A DNA stretch of 64,000 nucleotides from Clostridia bacterium (GCA_029256705.1 JAQSXK010000007.1:4606-68605), one strand, 5' to 3'. Counted from the stretch's first letter, positions 9,438 to 19,322 are shown. Made by a program: numbers and translations. The notes: a model not told the origin generated them from the sequence alone.

Positions 9438-9977
9438 ATGAAAGCATATAGTTTTAAGAAATATACAATTTTTTTATGCGTATTAACTTTTTTGGTATTT
9501 TCACTTTACTTATCTATTAACAATATTAGTATAAAAATACCTGAAATATATGCTGCAAAGGAGACTAAAGCAAGTTCACTTTCTACTAAAAATCCATCAT
9601 CTGGCTCTGATGTTACGGGTTTATTAGCAAGATTAATTAATGGTGAGGCAAGAGGAGAACCATATCAAGGGCAAGTAGCAGTTGGTGCAGTAATTTTAAA
9701 TAGAGTTAAAAGCGCAGAGTTTCCTAATACTATATCTGGTGTAATATATCAAAAAGGACAATTTTCTTGCGTTACAGATGGACAATTTGATAAACCAATA
9801 GATAAAAACTCTACTATATATAAAGCAGCTAAAGAGGCAATGAATGGTGCTGATCCAACTAATGGAGCTTTATTTTTTTATAACGCCAAAACTACAAAAA
9901 GCAAATGGCTATTTACACTTAAAACAGTTAAGGTAATTGGAAAACATACATTTGCAATTAGTGGAGGTAAAAAATGA
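9438..9977 (+). CDS. sleB: spore-cortex-lytic / cell wall hydrolase, SleB/CwlJ catalytic-domain family
   Basis: The Hydrolase_2 signature 'ARLINGEARGEPYQGQVAVGAVILNRV...FSCV' is present, with an N-terminal signal/TM. An ATG at 9438 follows a GGAGG RBS. Confidence 0.8.
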   Translation: MKAYSFKKYTIFLCVLTFLVFSLYLSINNISIKIPEIYAAKETKASSLSTKNPSSGSDVTGLLARLINGEARGEPYQGQVAVGAVILNRVKSAEFPNTISGVIYQKGQFSCVTDGQFDKPIDKNSTIYKAAKEAMNGADPTNGALFFYNAKTTKSKWLFTLKTVKVIGKHTFAISGGKK

Positions 9978-11353
9978 TAGAACAGATTGAAAATAGAATA
10001 TTAAAATTCAAAAGAAATATAGATCCTAGAGTACTATCATTAATATTTTTTTGTATATTTGGATTTTTTACTATATTTAGTATGGAAATGACTAATAACT
10101 TTAAAAGACAAAAACAACTTGTACAAGATGAATATAATAGAAGCATGTATGAAATGACTTCATATATAAAGAATGTTGATCTACAATTATATAAAGTACA
10201 GTTAACATCAGATAAAAGATTAATAATAGCTACACTTGCAGATATATGGAGACAATCTAATTTAGCAAAAGAAAATTTAGCTAATCTACCAATACTACAA
10301 GATAATATGGCAAATACATCAAAATACTTAACCCAAGTTAGTGATTTTTCACATTTTCTAATGGATTCTGTTTCTAGAGGTAAAGAAATAACTAAAGAAC
10401 AATATGAGGATATCGCTAAACTTAACACAAGTAGTACAGAGCTTTTAATCATTACTAATAAAATATATGATGATCTTAATACTGGAAGATTAAAATGGGA
10501 TGAAGTTGAAAAGTCTGGTAACGAAAACTTAGATGAAAATGTTGCTGTATCTAATATTAATAGTATTTCTGAAACATTTGTTGAGTATGAAGGTCTAATT
10601 TATGATGGTGCATATTCAAATCATATTATAGAGATTACACCTAAAAGTTTAAGTGAAAAAGTTGTTACTCAAGAAGAGGCAAAAGCTAATTTAATTAATA
10701 TATTTGGAGAAAAAAATATAGAATATGTAAATTTTACTGGTGAAAATAACAATAGATTAGAATTATATGGATTTCAATTGAAGTTAAAAGATAACCCTAA
10801 TATACGCGATATATATATGACTAAAAAAGATGGGAAGTTGTATTTGATGATAAGTGATAAAAAAGTAGAAGAACAAAAAATTACGGTAGACAGTGCTAAA
10901 GATTTGGGAGAAGATTTTCTAAAAAAAATTGGAATAGATAATGTTGTAGATACCTACTATATTATAACAGAAAATCTTGTTACTATTAATTATGCTGCAG
11001 TTCAAAATGAGATAATATTATATCCGGATTTGGTTAAAGTAAAAATTGCACTTGACGATGGTGAAATTTGCTCAGTTGAAACTGGAGGATATACCTTTAA
11101 TCACATAACACGAGATAATATATCTCCAAAATTAACTATTGAAGAGGCACAAAGTAAAATAAATAAAAATATTAAAATAGAAAGTAAAAATTTGGCTATA
11201 ATTCCTACTGAATCTAAAAAAGAGCTACTAGTATACGAATTTAAAGGTACAGTAAATGAAAAGAAATGTATACTATATATAAATGCCTTAACGGGAGAAG
11301 AAGAGAACATTTTGATGGTTATAGAAACTCCTAATGGTAGTTTGACAATGTAG
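9974..11353 (+). CDS. ypeB: germination protein YpeB
   Basis: 459 aa with an N-terminal TM, overlapping the sleB stop (operon). Length and architecture match the YpeB partner of SleB. Confidence 0.7.
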   Translation: MIEQIENRILKFKRNIDPRVLSLIFFCIFGFFTIFSMEMTNNFKRQKQLVQDEYNRSMYEMTSYIKNVDLQLYKVQLTSDKRLIIATLADIWRQSNLAKENLANLPILQDNMANTSKYLTQVSDFSHFLMDSVSRGKEITKEQYEDIAKLNTSSTELLIITNKIYDDLNTGRLKWDEVEKSGNENLDENVAVSNINSISETFVEYEGLIYDGAYSNHIIEITPKSLSEKVVTQEEAKANLINIFGEKNIEYVNFTGENNNRLELYGFQLKLKDNPNIRDIYMTKKDGKLYLMISDKKVEEQKITVDSAKDLGEDFLKKIGIDNVVDTYYIITENLVTINYAAVQNEIILYPDLVKVKIALDDGEICSVETGGYTFNHITRDNISPKLTIEEAQSKINKNIKIESKNLAIIPTESKKELLVYEFKGTVNEKKCILYINALTGEEENILMVIETPNGSLTM

Positions 11354-11600
11354 TAATATATATATAATAATGTTACATATAATAAATTAAAATATTAATA
11401 TACCAAAATAGTTATATTAACTACTTTGGTATATTTTTTAAAATTAGTTTTCGGATAAATATCTAATGTAAATTAAAAAGTATGTAATTCATTTTATTTA
11501 ATTTACTAATATATATTATGTAAAAAAAATACGTTTGACAGTAATATTTAAAAATACTATTCATATATTGTAATATAAAAATATATGAGGAGGAAATATT

Positions 11601-13136
11601 ATGTTAGTAAATACAGAAAATAAAGGTTTAAATCTACATACGGTGCCAATAAGAGAAAATGTAAGTGTGTGGATAGAGCAAGACATACTTGTTCCAGATA
11701 CTAAACCAGATGCAATTAAAATAATAAATGTTACAGTTAATCCATATGTAACAGATGTAGAGGTTATGGATAATAAAGTTAAGGTTACGGGTAAGCTTAA
11801 CTATTATGTAATATATAGGACAAATGAAACTAATATGGGTACAAGAGGACTATTCGTATCACTCCCATATACACAAATATTAAATGTCAAAGGTATAAAA
11901 AAAGATACTGATGTTAGAGTAAGACCTATGGTTAAAAATGTTATTTATTCTCTTCCAAATGAGAGAAAAATAGCAATTAAAACTGAGATTATATTTAGAG
12001 TTAAAGGATTAGAATCTACATATATAAACCTGATACAAAGGTTTTCTCCTGATCATAAGGTAGAAACTAAGTTAAGTCAAAATACGTTTAACAATATAAT
12101 AAGAAGTAAATATAATGTTATTGCATCAAGAGAAGATATTATGATTCCAAATGAAAATGAAGATCTATATGAAATATTAAAAGTTGAACCATTTATTATA
12201 AACACAGAATATAAAGAAAGTTATAATAAAATTATGGTTAAAGGTGATATATCTGTTAATCTACTGTATCTAGTAGATAAACAAGAAACTGAAATCAAGA
12301 AAATAACTCTTCAAATACCCTTTACAGGTATGATTGAAATGGATAACATAACAGATAAATCAAAATTCAGCATAGATTTCGTAATAAATGACTTTAATAT
12401 CAGACCTAATATAGAAATGTCTGCTTCAAAAACAATGAGCGTAGATTATCAAATTGGTGTATATGTAAATATGTTTGAACAAGAAGAAATATCATATGTA
12501 GATGACTTTTATAGTGAAGAAAAAAAATTAAAATGTGAACAATGTATCAAAAGAGCAGTTAGAGATGAAATAGTAATACAAAAAAATATAGATATTAAAG
12601 AAACTTTAAATAATATTTTACCGGATAATACAAAATTATTAGATTATACCATTGATACAAGTTACATAGTACTTAAGCAAGTAGCAAATAATGTACATGT
12701 GGATGGTAATGTGAAAATAGGTATTCTAGTTCAAAATATAGATACATTAGAGATTGAAAATAAGGTTGTTGATGTATTAGTAAATGAAGAATATAATTTA
12801 GAAGATGTAAACCAAGATACTAATATCAGTCTTAACATATATGCAGATAAAATAAGTATTTCTCAAACCGGAAATGATATGGATGTAAAACTAAAACTAA
12901 ATTTAGATATAAAAACTGAAAGTATAGTTGATCTTAATGTTTCAGATAATATAGAAGAGGAAGATTTAGATATATCTAATATGGATAGTATGAACATATA
13001 TATAGTAAAACCAAAAGATACATTATGGTCTATAGCTAAAAAATATAATACAACTGTAGAAAAAATAATTCAAACTAATGATTTAACAGATCAAAGTATA
13101 ATTAATGTAGGGCAGAAAATTCTTATTATCAGGTAA
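11601..13136 (+). CDS. DUF3794 repeat / C-terminal LysM domain protein (SipL-like spore morphogenetic protein)
   Basis: 511 aa whose C-terminus 'YIVKPKDTLWSIAKKYNTTVEKIIQTNDLTDQSIINVGQKILI' is a LysM domain. The architecture matches clostridial SipL. Confidence 0.55.
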   Translation: MLVNTENKGLNLHTVPIRENVSVWIEQDILVPDTKPDAIKIINVTVNPYVTDVEVMDNKVKVTGKLNYYVIYRTNETNMGTRGLFVSLPYTQILNVKGIKKDTDVRVRPMVKNVIYSLPNERKIAIKTEIIFRVKGLESTYINLIQRFSPDHKVETKLSQNTFNNIIRSKYNVIASREDIMIPNENEDLYEILKVEPFIINTEYKESYNKIMVKGDISVNLLYLVDKQETEIKKITLQIPFTGMIEMDNITDKSKFSIDFVINDFNIRPNIEMSASKTMSVDYQIGVYVNMFEQEEISYVDDFYSEEKKLKCEQCIKRAVRDEIVIQKNIDIKETLNNILPDNTKLLDYTIDTSYIVLKQVANNVHVDGNVKIGILVQNIDTLEIENKVVDVLVNEEYNLEDVNQDTNISLNIYADKISISQTGNDMDVKLKLNLDIKTESIVDLNVSDNIEEEDLDISNMDSMNIYIVKPKDTLWSIAKKYNTTVEKIIQTNDLTDQSIINVGQKILIIR

Positions 13137-13140
13137 TGAT

Positions 13141-13830
13141 ATGAGATTAAAATATTATACAAGAACATTAAGACAAATGAGTTTAAACAAACCATTTGTC
13201 TTTATTTTTATAACAGTAGTAATTATAATTTCAATTTGTATATATATGTATAGTAAAGCAGCACCAATAATAAATGCTGTATGTGAATCTAATGCTAAAT
13301 ATATTGCCCTAGAAGTAACTAATAAAGCTGTATCTGAAAGTATAGATGATATTAAATATGAAGACTTGGTAATATTAAAACAAGATACAACAGGTAAAAT
13401 AATAGCAATAAACGCTAATGTTATGGAACTGAATAGATTATCTACTAATATATCAACAACTGTATCAGAAAAGTTAGCCAATATAAAGGATAGATATATA
13501 ACAATACCACTTTCCAGCTTATTTAATATGGGACTATTTAGTGGTTATGGACCTAAATTACCACTTAGTATAATTCCTTCTGGAAATGTAACAGCAAAAT
13601 TTAAATCTGAATTTGAAGAAGCTGGTATAAATCAAATAAGACATAGAATATTTATTGAAGTAACTACTAAAGTAAGATTAATAGCGCCGTTTTATACATC
13701 ATCACAAGAGTATATTAATGAGGTTACAGTTGCTGAATATGTTATAGTAGGAGATACACCTAGTACATATTATAACATAACAGGTATAGAAGATTTAAAT
13801 AAAGATACTACAACTAACTTAATAAAATAA
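13141..13830 (+). CDS. yunB: sporulation protein YunB
   Basis: 229 aa with an N-terminal TM and a YunB-like core. Confidence 0.65.
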   Translation: MRLKYYTRTLRQMSLNKPFVFIFITVVIIISICIYMYSKAAPIINAVCESNAKYIALEVTNKAVSESIDDIKYEDLVILKQDTTGKIIAINANVMELNRLSTNISTTVSEKLANIKDRYITIPLSSLFNMGLFSGYGPKLPLSIIPSGNVTAKFKSEFEEAGINQIRHRIFIEVTTKVRLIAPFYTSSQEYINEVTVAEYVIVGDTPSTYYNITGIEDLNKDTTTNLIK

Positions 13831-13922
13831 TAATATATTATTAAGAATATTCTTTAAAACAAATAAATTTTATACATTCCTATTTGAATTTTTATCAATA
13901 AATGGTATAATTCTAACAGGAA

Positions 13923-14654
13923 GTGATAGAATTGAAAAAAAGAATATTCTTAATTGCTATAATAACATTAATTATCCTAATAATAACTTTAACAGTTATA
14001 TATGTCAAAAATATAGGTACTGATCAAAAACAAGAAGAAATAGAAAAGCAAGTAGATGAATTAGAAAATGTAGTAGTTGAAGAACCAAAACCAGAAGTAT
14101 ATAAAGATGATAACCCAATAAAAATTGGTTTATATATAAATAGTAATAATGGTAAAAAATTAATAACAGAATACTCTTCTATATGGAATGCCGAAGAGAT
14201 AATGGGAATGTTTTATGCAATTCCTACAAATGATCCTGTAATTAGTGGAAAATCATTTGAAACTGTTTGGGAAAAGTATTGGAATGAATATTCAAATATT
14301 GAAAAATACAGAATAGGATATAATATTAAATTTACTCTAAATACTGGAGAAATAATTGATCAAAAAATATTAAATCCTGATCATGCATATTTAATGTTTC
14401 CTAAAGTACAATTTTATTTATATGATGATGTTAATTTAATTCCTGGTAGAAGATATTATCACGTAACACAAGGAGAAATGACAGAAAATACACAATGTAC
14501 CTCTGTGAAGATAGTTGGAGATAAATCAACTAAAAATATTATATCACCAATTGAATTAACTGTATATACTTTTGATGGTGAGGAAGACTTTGACCCCATG
14601 ACTGGTAAATATCGCGGAAACAGCTATTATACTATTTTGATTAATAAAAAATAA
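13923..14654 (+). CDS. membrane-anchored hypothetical protein
   Basis: 243-aa ORF with an N-terminal TM and an acidic linker; no recognised family. Confidence 0.5.
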   Translation: MIELKKRIFLIAIITLIILIITLTVIYVKNIGTDQKQEEIEKQVDELENVVVEEPKPEVYKDDNPIKIGLYINSNNGKKLITEYSSIWNAEEIMGMFYAIPTNDPVISGKSFETVWEKYWNEYSNIEKYRIGYNIKFTLNTGEIIDQKILNPDHAYLMFPKVQFYLYDDVNLIPGRRYYHVTQGEMTENTQCTSVKIVGDKSTKNIISPIELTVYTFDGEEDFDPMTGKYRGNSYYTILINKK

Positions 14655-14672
14655 CTAATGAAAGGAAAAAAT

Positions 14673-15044
14673 ATGAATACAATTTTATTGTCTATAAATC
14701 CAGAGTATATAGAAAATATATTTAATGGAATAAAGCAATATGAATATAGAAAAATTAAATGTAGGAAAGATATAGAAAAAATAATAATATATTCTACATA
14801 TCCGGTAAGAAAGGTTGTAGGAGAAGCAAGGGTAGAAAAAATATTAGGAGATACACCAAACAATATATGGAAAATTACAGAAAAATATTCAGGTACTAGT
14901 ATACATTTTTATAACGAATATTTTAAAGGTAGAGAAAAGGCTATAGCATATAAATTAATAGATGTTAAAAAATATAATAAACCTAAACAACTAAGTGAGT
15001 ATGGTATAAAATGTGCACCACAATCTTTTATATACATTAAATAA
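14673..15044 (+). CDS. ASCH (PUA-like) domain protein
   Basis: About 123 aa; the 'ILLSINPEYIENIFNGIKQYEYRK' beta-barrel start is typical of ASCH/YqfB-like proteins. Confidence 0.55.
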   Translation: MNTILLSINPEYIENIFNGIKQYEYRKIKCRKDIEKIIIYSTYPVRKVVGEARVEKILGDTPNNIWKITEKYSGTSIHFYNEYFKGREKAIAYKLIDVKKYNKPKQLSEYGIKCAPQSFIYIK

Positions 15045-15060
15045 ATATAAAAACAAAAGT

Positions 15061-15105
15061 GAAAACACCTTGAAAATATATAGTTTCAAGGTGTTCTTTT
15101 TTTTC
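15061..15105. terminator. bidirectional rho-independent terminator
   Basis: GAAAACACCTTGAAA-loop-TTTCAAGGTGTTCTTTTTTTTC. Confidence 0.65.
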
Positions 15106-15127
15106 TTTACTCACTGGTAAAGTAGTT

Positions 15128-15301
15128 TCATGAAGGTTGTGATGCATTTGTAACATTTTGTTCTTCAATTTGATTTGTTTCATCTTCACTTACAATTTCA
15201 GGTTCCTCATATCCTTGGTAAATTGCACATGACACAACATGACACTCTCCGTTGTAGCAATCTCCTGGTTTACAATTTGGATGATCTTTAATATATGCCA
15301 T
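15128..15301 (-). CDS. small Cys-rich hypothetical protein (58 aa)
   Basis: A GGAGGTG RBS precedes an ATG on the minus strand; the protein 'MAYIKDHPNCKPGDCYNGECHVVSC' is followed by an acidic tail. Confidence 0.4.
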   Translation of the reverse strand: MAYIKDHPNCKPGDCYNGECHVVSCAIYQGYEEPEIVSEDETNQIEEQNVTNASQPS

Positions 15302-15542
15302 ACAAAACACCTCCTTAATTAATACACTTATTAAAGGTAAAATAGAAAATTGAAATATACAGTATAATTATACCATATATTTTATAAAATTCAATATGAT
15401 ATATATAAATATTCCTTATTTTTCCAAATAAATTAATAGTAAGAATTTAGCATTTAAATATACTTAAAAAGAATTACTGTTAATATTTACTTTTATAAAA
15501 ATAAGTTATATAATATTAATAAAAAACAAAAGGAGATTATAA

Positions 15543-16103
15543 ATGGATAACAAAAAAATAGATTTAATCAGTAAAGAAGTATATAAAAGATGTATTAGTG
15601 AAGACAATTTTTTTGGTATAGGAGCATTCTACCATATAGAAGCAGTAGTCAAAAATGCTGTATTTCTTGCAAAAATATATAATGCAGACATAGAAATAGT
15701 TACGCTAGCTGCATGGCTTCATGATATAGCTTCAGTAACAAACTATGAATTATATGAAGATCATCATATACATGGAGTTGAAATTGCAGAAAAAATATTA
15801 TCAGATTTAGAATATGATAATGAAATAATTGAACATGTGAAAAAATGTATATTAAATCATAGAGGAAGCGTATTAAATGAAAAAGAAACAGTAGAAGAAA
15901 AATGCATTGCTGATGCTGATTCAATATCGCATTTTGATAATGTACCATCATTATTTAATCTTGCTTTTGTTGTAAGAAAATATTCAATCAGCGATGGAGA
16001 GAAATTTGTTAAAGATAAACTAATAAGAAGTTACAATAAACTATCTCCTGAAAGTAAAAAAATATATAAGAATAAATATAATAGTGTAATGGAAATATTT
16101 TAG
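15543..16103 (+). CDS. HD-domain phosphohydrolase
   Basis: 'AAWLHDIASV' and 'HHIHGVEIA' give the H...HD...D signature. Confidence 0.75.
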   Translation: MDNKKIDLISKEVYKRCISEDNFFGIGAFYHIEAVVKNAVFLAKIYNADIEIVTLAAWLHDIASVTNYELYEDHHIHGVEIAEKILSDLEYDNEIIEHVKKCILNHRGSVLNEKETVEEKCIADADSISHFDNVPSLFNLAFVVRKYSISDGEKFVKDKLIRSYNKLSPESKKIYKNKYNSVMEIF

Positions 16104-16273
16104 TATGACATTGTATCATATAACATCTTAGTGGATTACAAGTTAAGTTTTTTAATAGTTTTAAATAGTATGTATAACATTTTATATAATTTGACATCAG
16201 GCATATATTTATATGTAAATATATGGTATAATAAGTTTAATAAAAAACTTTATTTTATTGGAGGTGTTAGAAA

Positions 16274-16630
16274 TTGAAAAAAGAAAAAATATATAAAATT
16301 TTACTTGTAATTTCTTTTTTGCCATATGTTTTGTTAATATTAATTTCATTATATCATTCAATTTTTGGGTATGACGTATATACTTTAATATTACCAACAT
16401 ACGTTAAAACAATATATGGTATGGAGGCTTTCATATCAACTTTGTCTTGGAATGCGTTATTATTATGTTTTCTTCCAATTTTACCTATATGTTTGTTATA
16501 TCAAATAATATATTTAACTACCTGTATTATTAACAAAATAAAACATAATAAATATAAACACATTAGTATTTATTTAATTGCAATTTGTGTTGTACTTGTA
16601 GTTTGTGTGCTAATTTTCATTAGACTTTAG
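16274..16630 (+). CDS. hypothetical multi-pass membrane protein
   Basis: 118 aa, three to four hydrophobic helices. Confidence 0.45.
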   Translation: MKKEKIYKILLVISFLPYVLLILISLYHSIFGYDVYTLILPTYVKTIYGMEAFISTLSWNALLLCFLPILPICLLYQIIYLTTCIINKIKHNKYKHISIYLIAICVVLVVCVLIFIRL

Positions 16631-16718
16631 AAAATTGAAAATATTGTTGTTATGTAATTTATAAATAAATTGTGATATAATATAAATTATTAGTAAAAAA
16701 TAAAATTGAGGTGATAGT

Positions 16719-17249
16719 TTGAAAAAATTAAGAAAAATGTTAGGCAAATATAATGATGAACATATGATTCAACTTATGACTCTGATTTCAAGTCAAAGTA
16801 AAGAAACTATTGCTAATTGGTGTATTGATTATGCTGAAAGAGAAATTCTACCAATATACTTAAAGTATTATCCAAATGATTATAGACCTAAAATGGCTTT
16901 AGACGCTTCTCGTGATTGGTTAAAAGGATTAAAGAAACTTCCAGAAGTTAAAAATATAATCTTAAACGAATGTCATCAGGCAGCGCGAGAAGCAGAGAAT
17001 AATCCAGCAGCTCAAGCAGCGGCAAGAACTCTTGGACAAGCGGCAGCTTGTTTTCATACTCCAACACATTCAATGGGATTAGCATTCTATGGTGGAGCAG
17101 CCGTTGCTTATGATAGATTAGGACTTGAAGCTAGTAATGGGGAATATGAAGAGGTAGCCTATCAGGAAGTTATTAAAATGACTAATGAGTTAAAGAAAGT
17201 TGCAGTAGAAAATGAACCAAATAAGGCAAAATTAAATTGGCACTGTTAA
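16719..17249 (+). CDS. hypothetical protein (Ala-rich, locally GC-rich; possibly immunity-type)
   Basis: 176 aa with an 'AQAAARTLGQAAACFHTPTHSMGLAFYGGAAVAY' core. GC is clearly above the flanks; a terminator lies at 17271-17305. Confidence 0.45.
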   Translation: MKKLRKMLGKYNDEHMIQLMTLISSQSKETIANWCIDYAEREILPIYLKYYPNDYRPKMALDASRDWLKGLKKLPEVKNIILNECHQAAREAENNPAAQAAARTLGQAAACFHTPTHSMGLAFYGGAAVAYDRLGLEASNGEYEEVAYQEVIKMTNELKKVAVENEPNKAKLNWHC

Positions 17250-17270
17250 TAAATTATAATAATAAATATA

Positions 17271-17305
17271 AAAACCCAGTAAATTTAATCATTTACTGGG
17301 TTTTT
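17271..17305. terminator. rho-independent terminator
   Basis: AAAACCCAGTAAAT-ttaatc-ATTTACTGGGTTTTT. Confidence 0.65.
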
Positions 17306-17315
17306 ATAAATAATT

Positions 17316-17333
17316 TTTATCTTTTTTGAAAAT
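17316..17333. repeat. degenerate copy of the rpsI 3'-end core (TTATCTTTTTTGAAAATA) - leftmost cassette junction
   Basis: Compare the rpsI end TTATCTCTTTGAAAATTGT at 24162-24180. Confidence 0.35.
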
Positions 17334-17344
17334 AAATGCAATAT

Positions 17345-17373
17345 ATAGTTGACATTATGTAAGATATAGTATA
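17345..17373 (+). promoter_or_regulatory. sigma-A promoter TTGACA-17-TATAAT of cassette 1
   Basis: TTGACAttatgtaagatatagtaTATAAT. Confidence 0.55.
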
Positions 17374-17400
17374 TAATATTATTATCAAATGAGGTGAAAT

Positions 17401-17601
17401 ATGAAGAATAGGAAAATGAAAATAGCACGATTAGAACTAGATATGAAACAAGAAGATCTAGCAACTATTGTAGGAGTTACACGCCAAACAATTGGTATGA
17501 TTGAGTCTGGAAATTATAATCCTACTTTAAATCTTTGTATTGCAATCTGCAAGGCACTTGGAAAAACTTTGGATGAATTATTTTGGGAGGTAGAGAAATG
17601 A
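17401..17601 (+). CDS. XRE-family HTH transcriptional regulator
   Basis: 66 aa with the classic Cro/C1 HTH 'QEDLATIVGVTRQTIGMIESG'. Confidence 0.85.
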   Translation: MKNRKMKIARLELDMKQEDLATIVGVTRQTIGMIESGNYNPTLNLCIAICKALGKTLDELFWEVEK

Positions 17602-18086
17602 AAAAACAAATTATACAAGACGAAAGAGTAGTAGCACAAAAACAAAAAATATTAAGTGAATCATATGTCATTTTAATGATAATTCTTATTATATCTATAT
17701 TTATACAGCAAAATTTATTAAATGCACCTTTTAAGCAATATGCAGTTGAATTTATATGTTTTTTTGGAATATCAATTTACATTTTAATACGTAATTTAAC
17801 ACTTGGAATTGATATGTTTGGGGAGAAGAAAAAGGCAAAAATAATAGCTCTTAGAAATAGTATAATAGCTGGAATTGCTGTAACCGTTGTAACAGGTATT
17901 TCAAACTATATTGAATACGCTGAAAAATATGAAGGAAAATTAATTTTTTTTGTAATTTCACTATTGATTACATTTGTTAGTGCAGTTATTTGCACATTTG
18001 TTGTTTTTGCATTGATAGGTTTTATTAATAATATGAAAATAAATCAACTTGAAAAAAAATTAGATGAAGAAGAAAAAAGGAATTAA
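17598..18086 (+). CDS. membrane protein partner of the XRE regulator
   Basis: Overlaps the XRE stop; three TM helices; GGGAGG RBS. Confidence 0.55.
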   Translation: MKKQIIQDERVVAQKQKILSESYVILMIILIISIFIQQNLLNAPFKQYAVEFICFFGISIYILIRNLTLGIDMFGEKKKAKIIALRNSIIAGIAVTVVTGISNYIEYAEKYEGKLIFFVISLLITFVSAVICTFVVFALIGFINNMKINQLEKKLDEEEKRN

Positions 18087-18124
18087 TGGCTAAATTAGAA
18101 TTTATGAGTCAACTAACAATATAT

Positions 18125-18159
18125 AAAAAAGCTTTAAAACACTGTGTTTGGGGCTTTTT
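18125..18159. terminator. cassette terminator hairpin
   Basis: AAAAAAGCTTTAAAACAC-tg-TGTTTGGGGCTTTTT. Confidence 0.5.
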
Positions 18160-18167
18160 ATATTTTA

Positions 18168-18195
18168 TTGTCTTACATTTTGATAGTTGTAAATT
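18168..18195. repeat. cassette junction repeat (TTGTCTTACATTTTGATAGTTGTAAATT), homologous to the rpsI 3'-end core
   Basis: Aligns with TTGCTTATCTCTTTGATAGTTACAAAT of the other junctions. Confidence 0.45.
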
Positions 18196-18221
18196 AAGTC
18201 TTATCAGTAATTATACATATT

Positions 18222-18256
18222 TTGTATATTATGAGTATGCTAAGTGAGAGTTTGAT
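18222..18256. repeat. GTATATTA-containing junction motif (degenerate copy)
   Basis: TTTGTATATTATGAGTATGCTAAGTGAGAGTTTGATAG. Confidence 0.4.
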
Positions 18257-18284
18257 AGTGTCTTGTACTAAATAGTCCTTGAAA

Positions 18285-18313
18285 TATTATGTAAAATATG
18301 ATATAATACATAT
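18285..18313 (+). promoter_or_regulatory. sigma-A promoter TTGAAA-17-TATAAT of cassette 2
   Basis: TTGAAAtattatgtaaaatatgaTATAAT. Confidence 0.55.
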
Positions 18314-18343
18314 AGTTAAATTTATATTAATGGAGGGATGAAT

Positions 18344-18712
18344 ATGTCATTGACAATTTATCGAGTGTGTCAACCGGTGATTATCCGGGAAGAGAATATT
18401 ATTGATGTAAAATCTGTAACTTTGGCTTGTAATTTTTCATACTCATTGAGTTATTCGGCTGTAGAATTTGTCAAAAAAGCAGGTGAAAATGCAGTTGCCT
18501 ATGTGGAAGAAAGCTGCGGTGCTAAATTACTATTGCTATGCAATGCGGAGACGGGTGAAGTTTTTATACCAGATGATTATCCTGAAGTAATAAGGTTTGA
18601 AATAAAGCAACAGTTTATAGCATATTTGCTATCTAACATTCAATTTAAAGACATAAAATTCATGAAATTCAAACGAGATAGACTGATCGAACAAAAAGCT
18701 AACAAACTTTGA
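18344..18712 (+). CDS. hypothetical protein
   Basis: 122-aa ORF with a GGAGGG RBS. Confidence 0.45.
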   Translation: MSLTIYRVCQPVIIREENIIDVKSVTLACNFSYSLSYSAVEFVKKAGENAVAYVEESCGAKLLLLCNAETGEVFIPDDYPEVIRFEIKQQFIAYLLSNIQFKDIKFMKFKRDRLIEQKANKL

Positions 18713-18733
18713 AAAAATATTTAGGAGGTTTTT

Positions 18734-19183
18734 ATGTCTAATAAAGAAAAACGGATTTTTAAAAAGGGTGAGGTATTATATGTAATTGATTGTTGGGGCA
18801 CTACATGCGGCATGCATGCTTTTGAGGCTTCAGCTAGAATTATTCATATTGATGAAGAAATAGGAAGTTTCGATGCAGTTCTATATGGTGATACATATCA
18901 GAGATATAATGTTAAAGATTATGGTCGTTTGATTTTTGATGATGAATCAGAAGCGCTAAAAGCTGCATATAAATTACCAAAGCCTACTTCACTTGTATAT
19001 CAACTAATAGGTAATAGAGTTTTTAAAAAAATTGTTGTAGGAGTACGAAATGAAAACATTAATAACTTCACAGATCTAGTTGTTCATTTAAATAAAGGGA
19101 AAAGCGTGCCTATAGGAAGAATAGGCATTGAACTTTTTCTTGATGAATCATCTGCGAGAGAAAAAATAAGAAAAATTGATTAA
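18734..19183 (+). CDS. hypothetical protein
   Basis: 149-aa ORF with an AGGAGG RBS. Confidence 0.5.
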   Translation: MSNKEKRIFKKGEVLYVIDCWGTTCGMHAFEASARIIHIDEEIGSFDAVLYGDTYQRYNVKDYGRLIFDDESEALKAAYKLPKPTSLVYQLIGNRVFKKIVVGVRNENINNFTDLVVHLNKGKSVPIGRIGIELFLDESSAREKIRKID

Positions 19184-19251
19184 TTTTCTTGGTTTTTCTA
19201 AAAGAACTTATATATTTGAGTAGAGTTTTTCAAAAACTTCAACTGTAAAAA

Positions 19252-19285
19252 GAAAAAGCACCAAACCATTGAGGTTGGTGCTTTT
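19252..19285. terminator. cassette terminator hairpin (CCAAACCATTG-loop family)
   Basis: AAAAAGCACCAAACC-attga-GGTTGGTGCTTTTT. Confidence 0.6.
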
Positions 19286-19298
19286 TCTATATATTTTA

Positions 19299-19322
19299 TT
19301 ATCTCTTTGATAGTCACAAACG
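19299..19322. repeat. rpsI 3'-end core copy TTATCTCTTTGATAGTCACAAACG
   Basis: 12/12 identity to TTATCTCTTTGA at the rpsI stop region. Confidence 0.6.
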
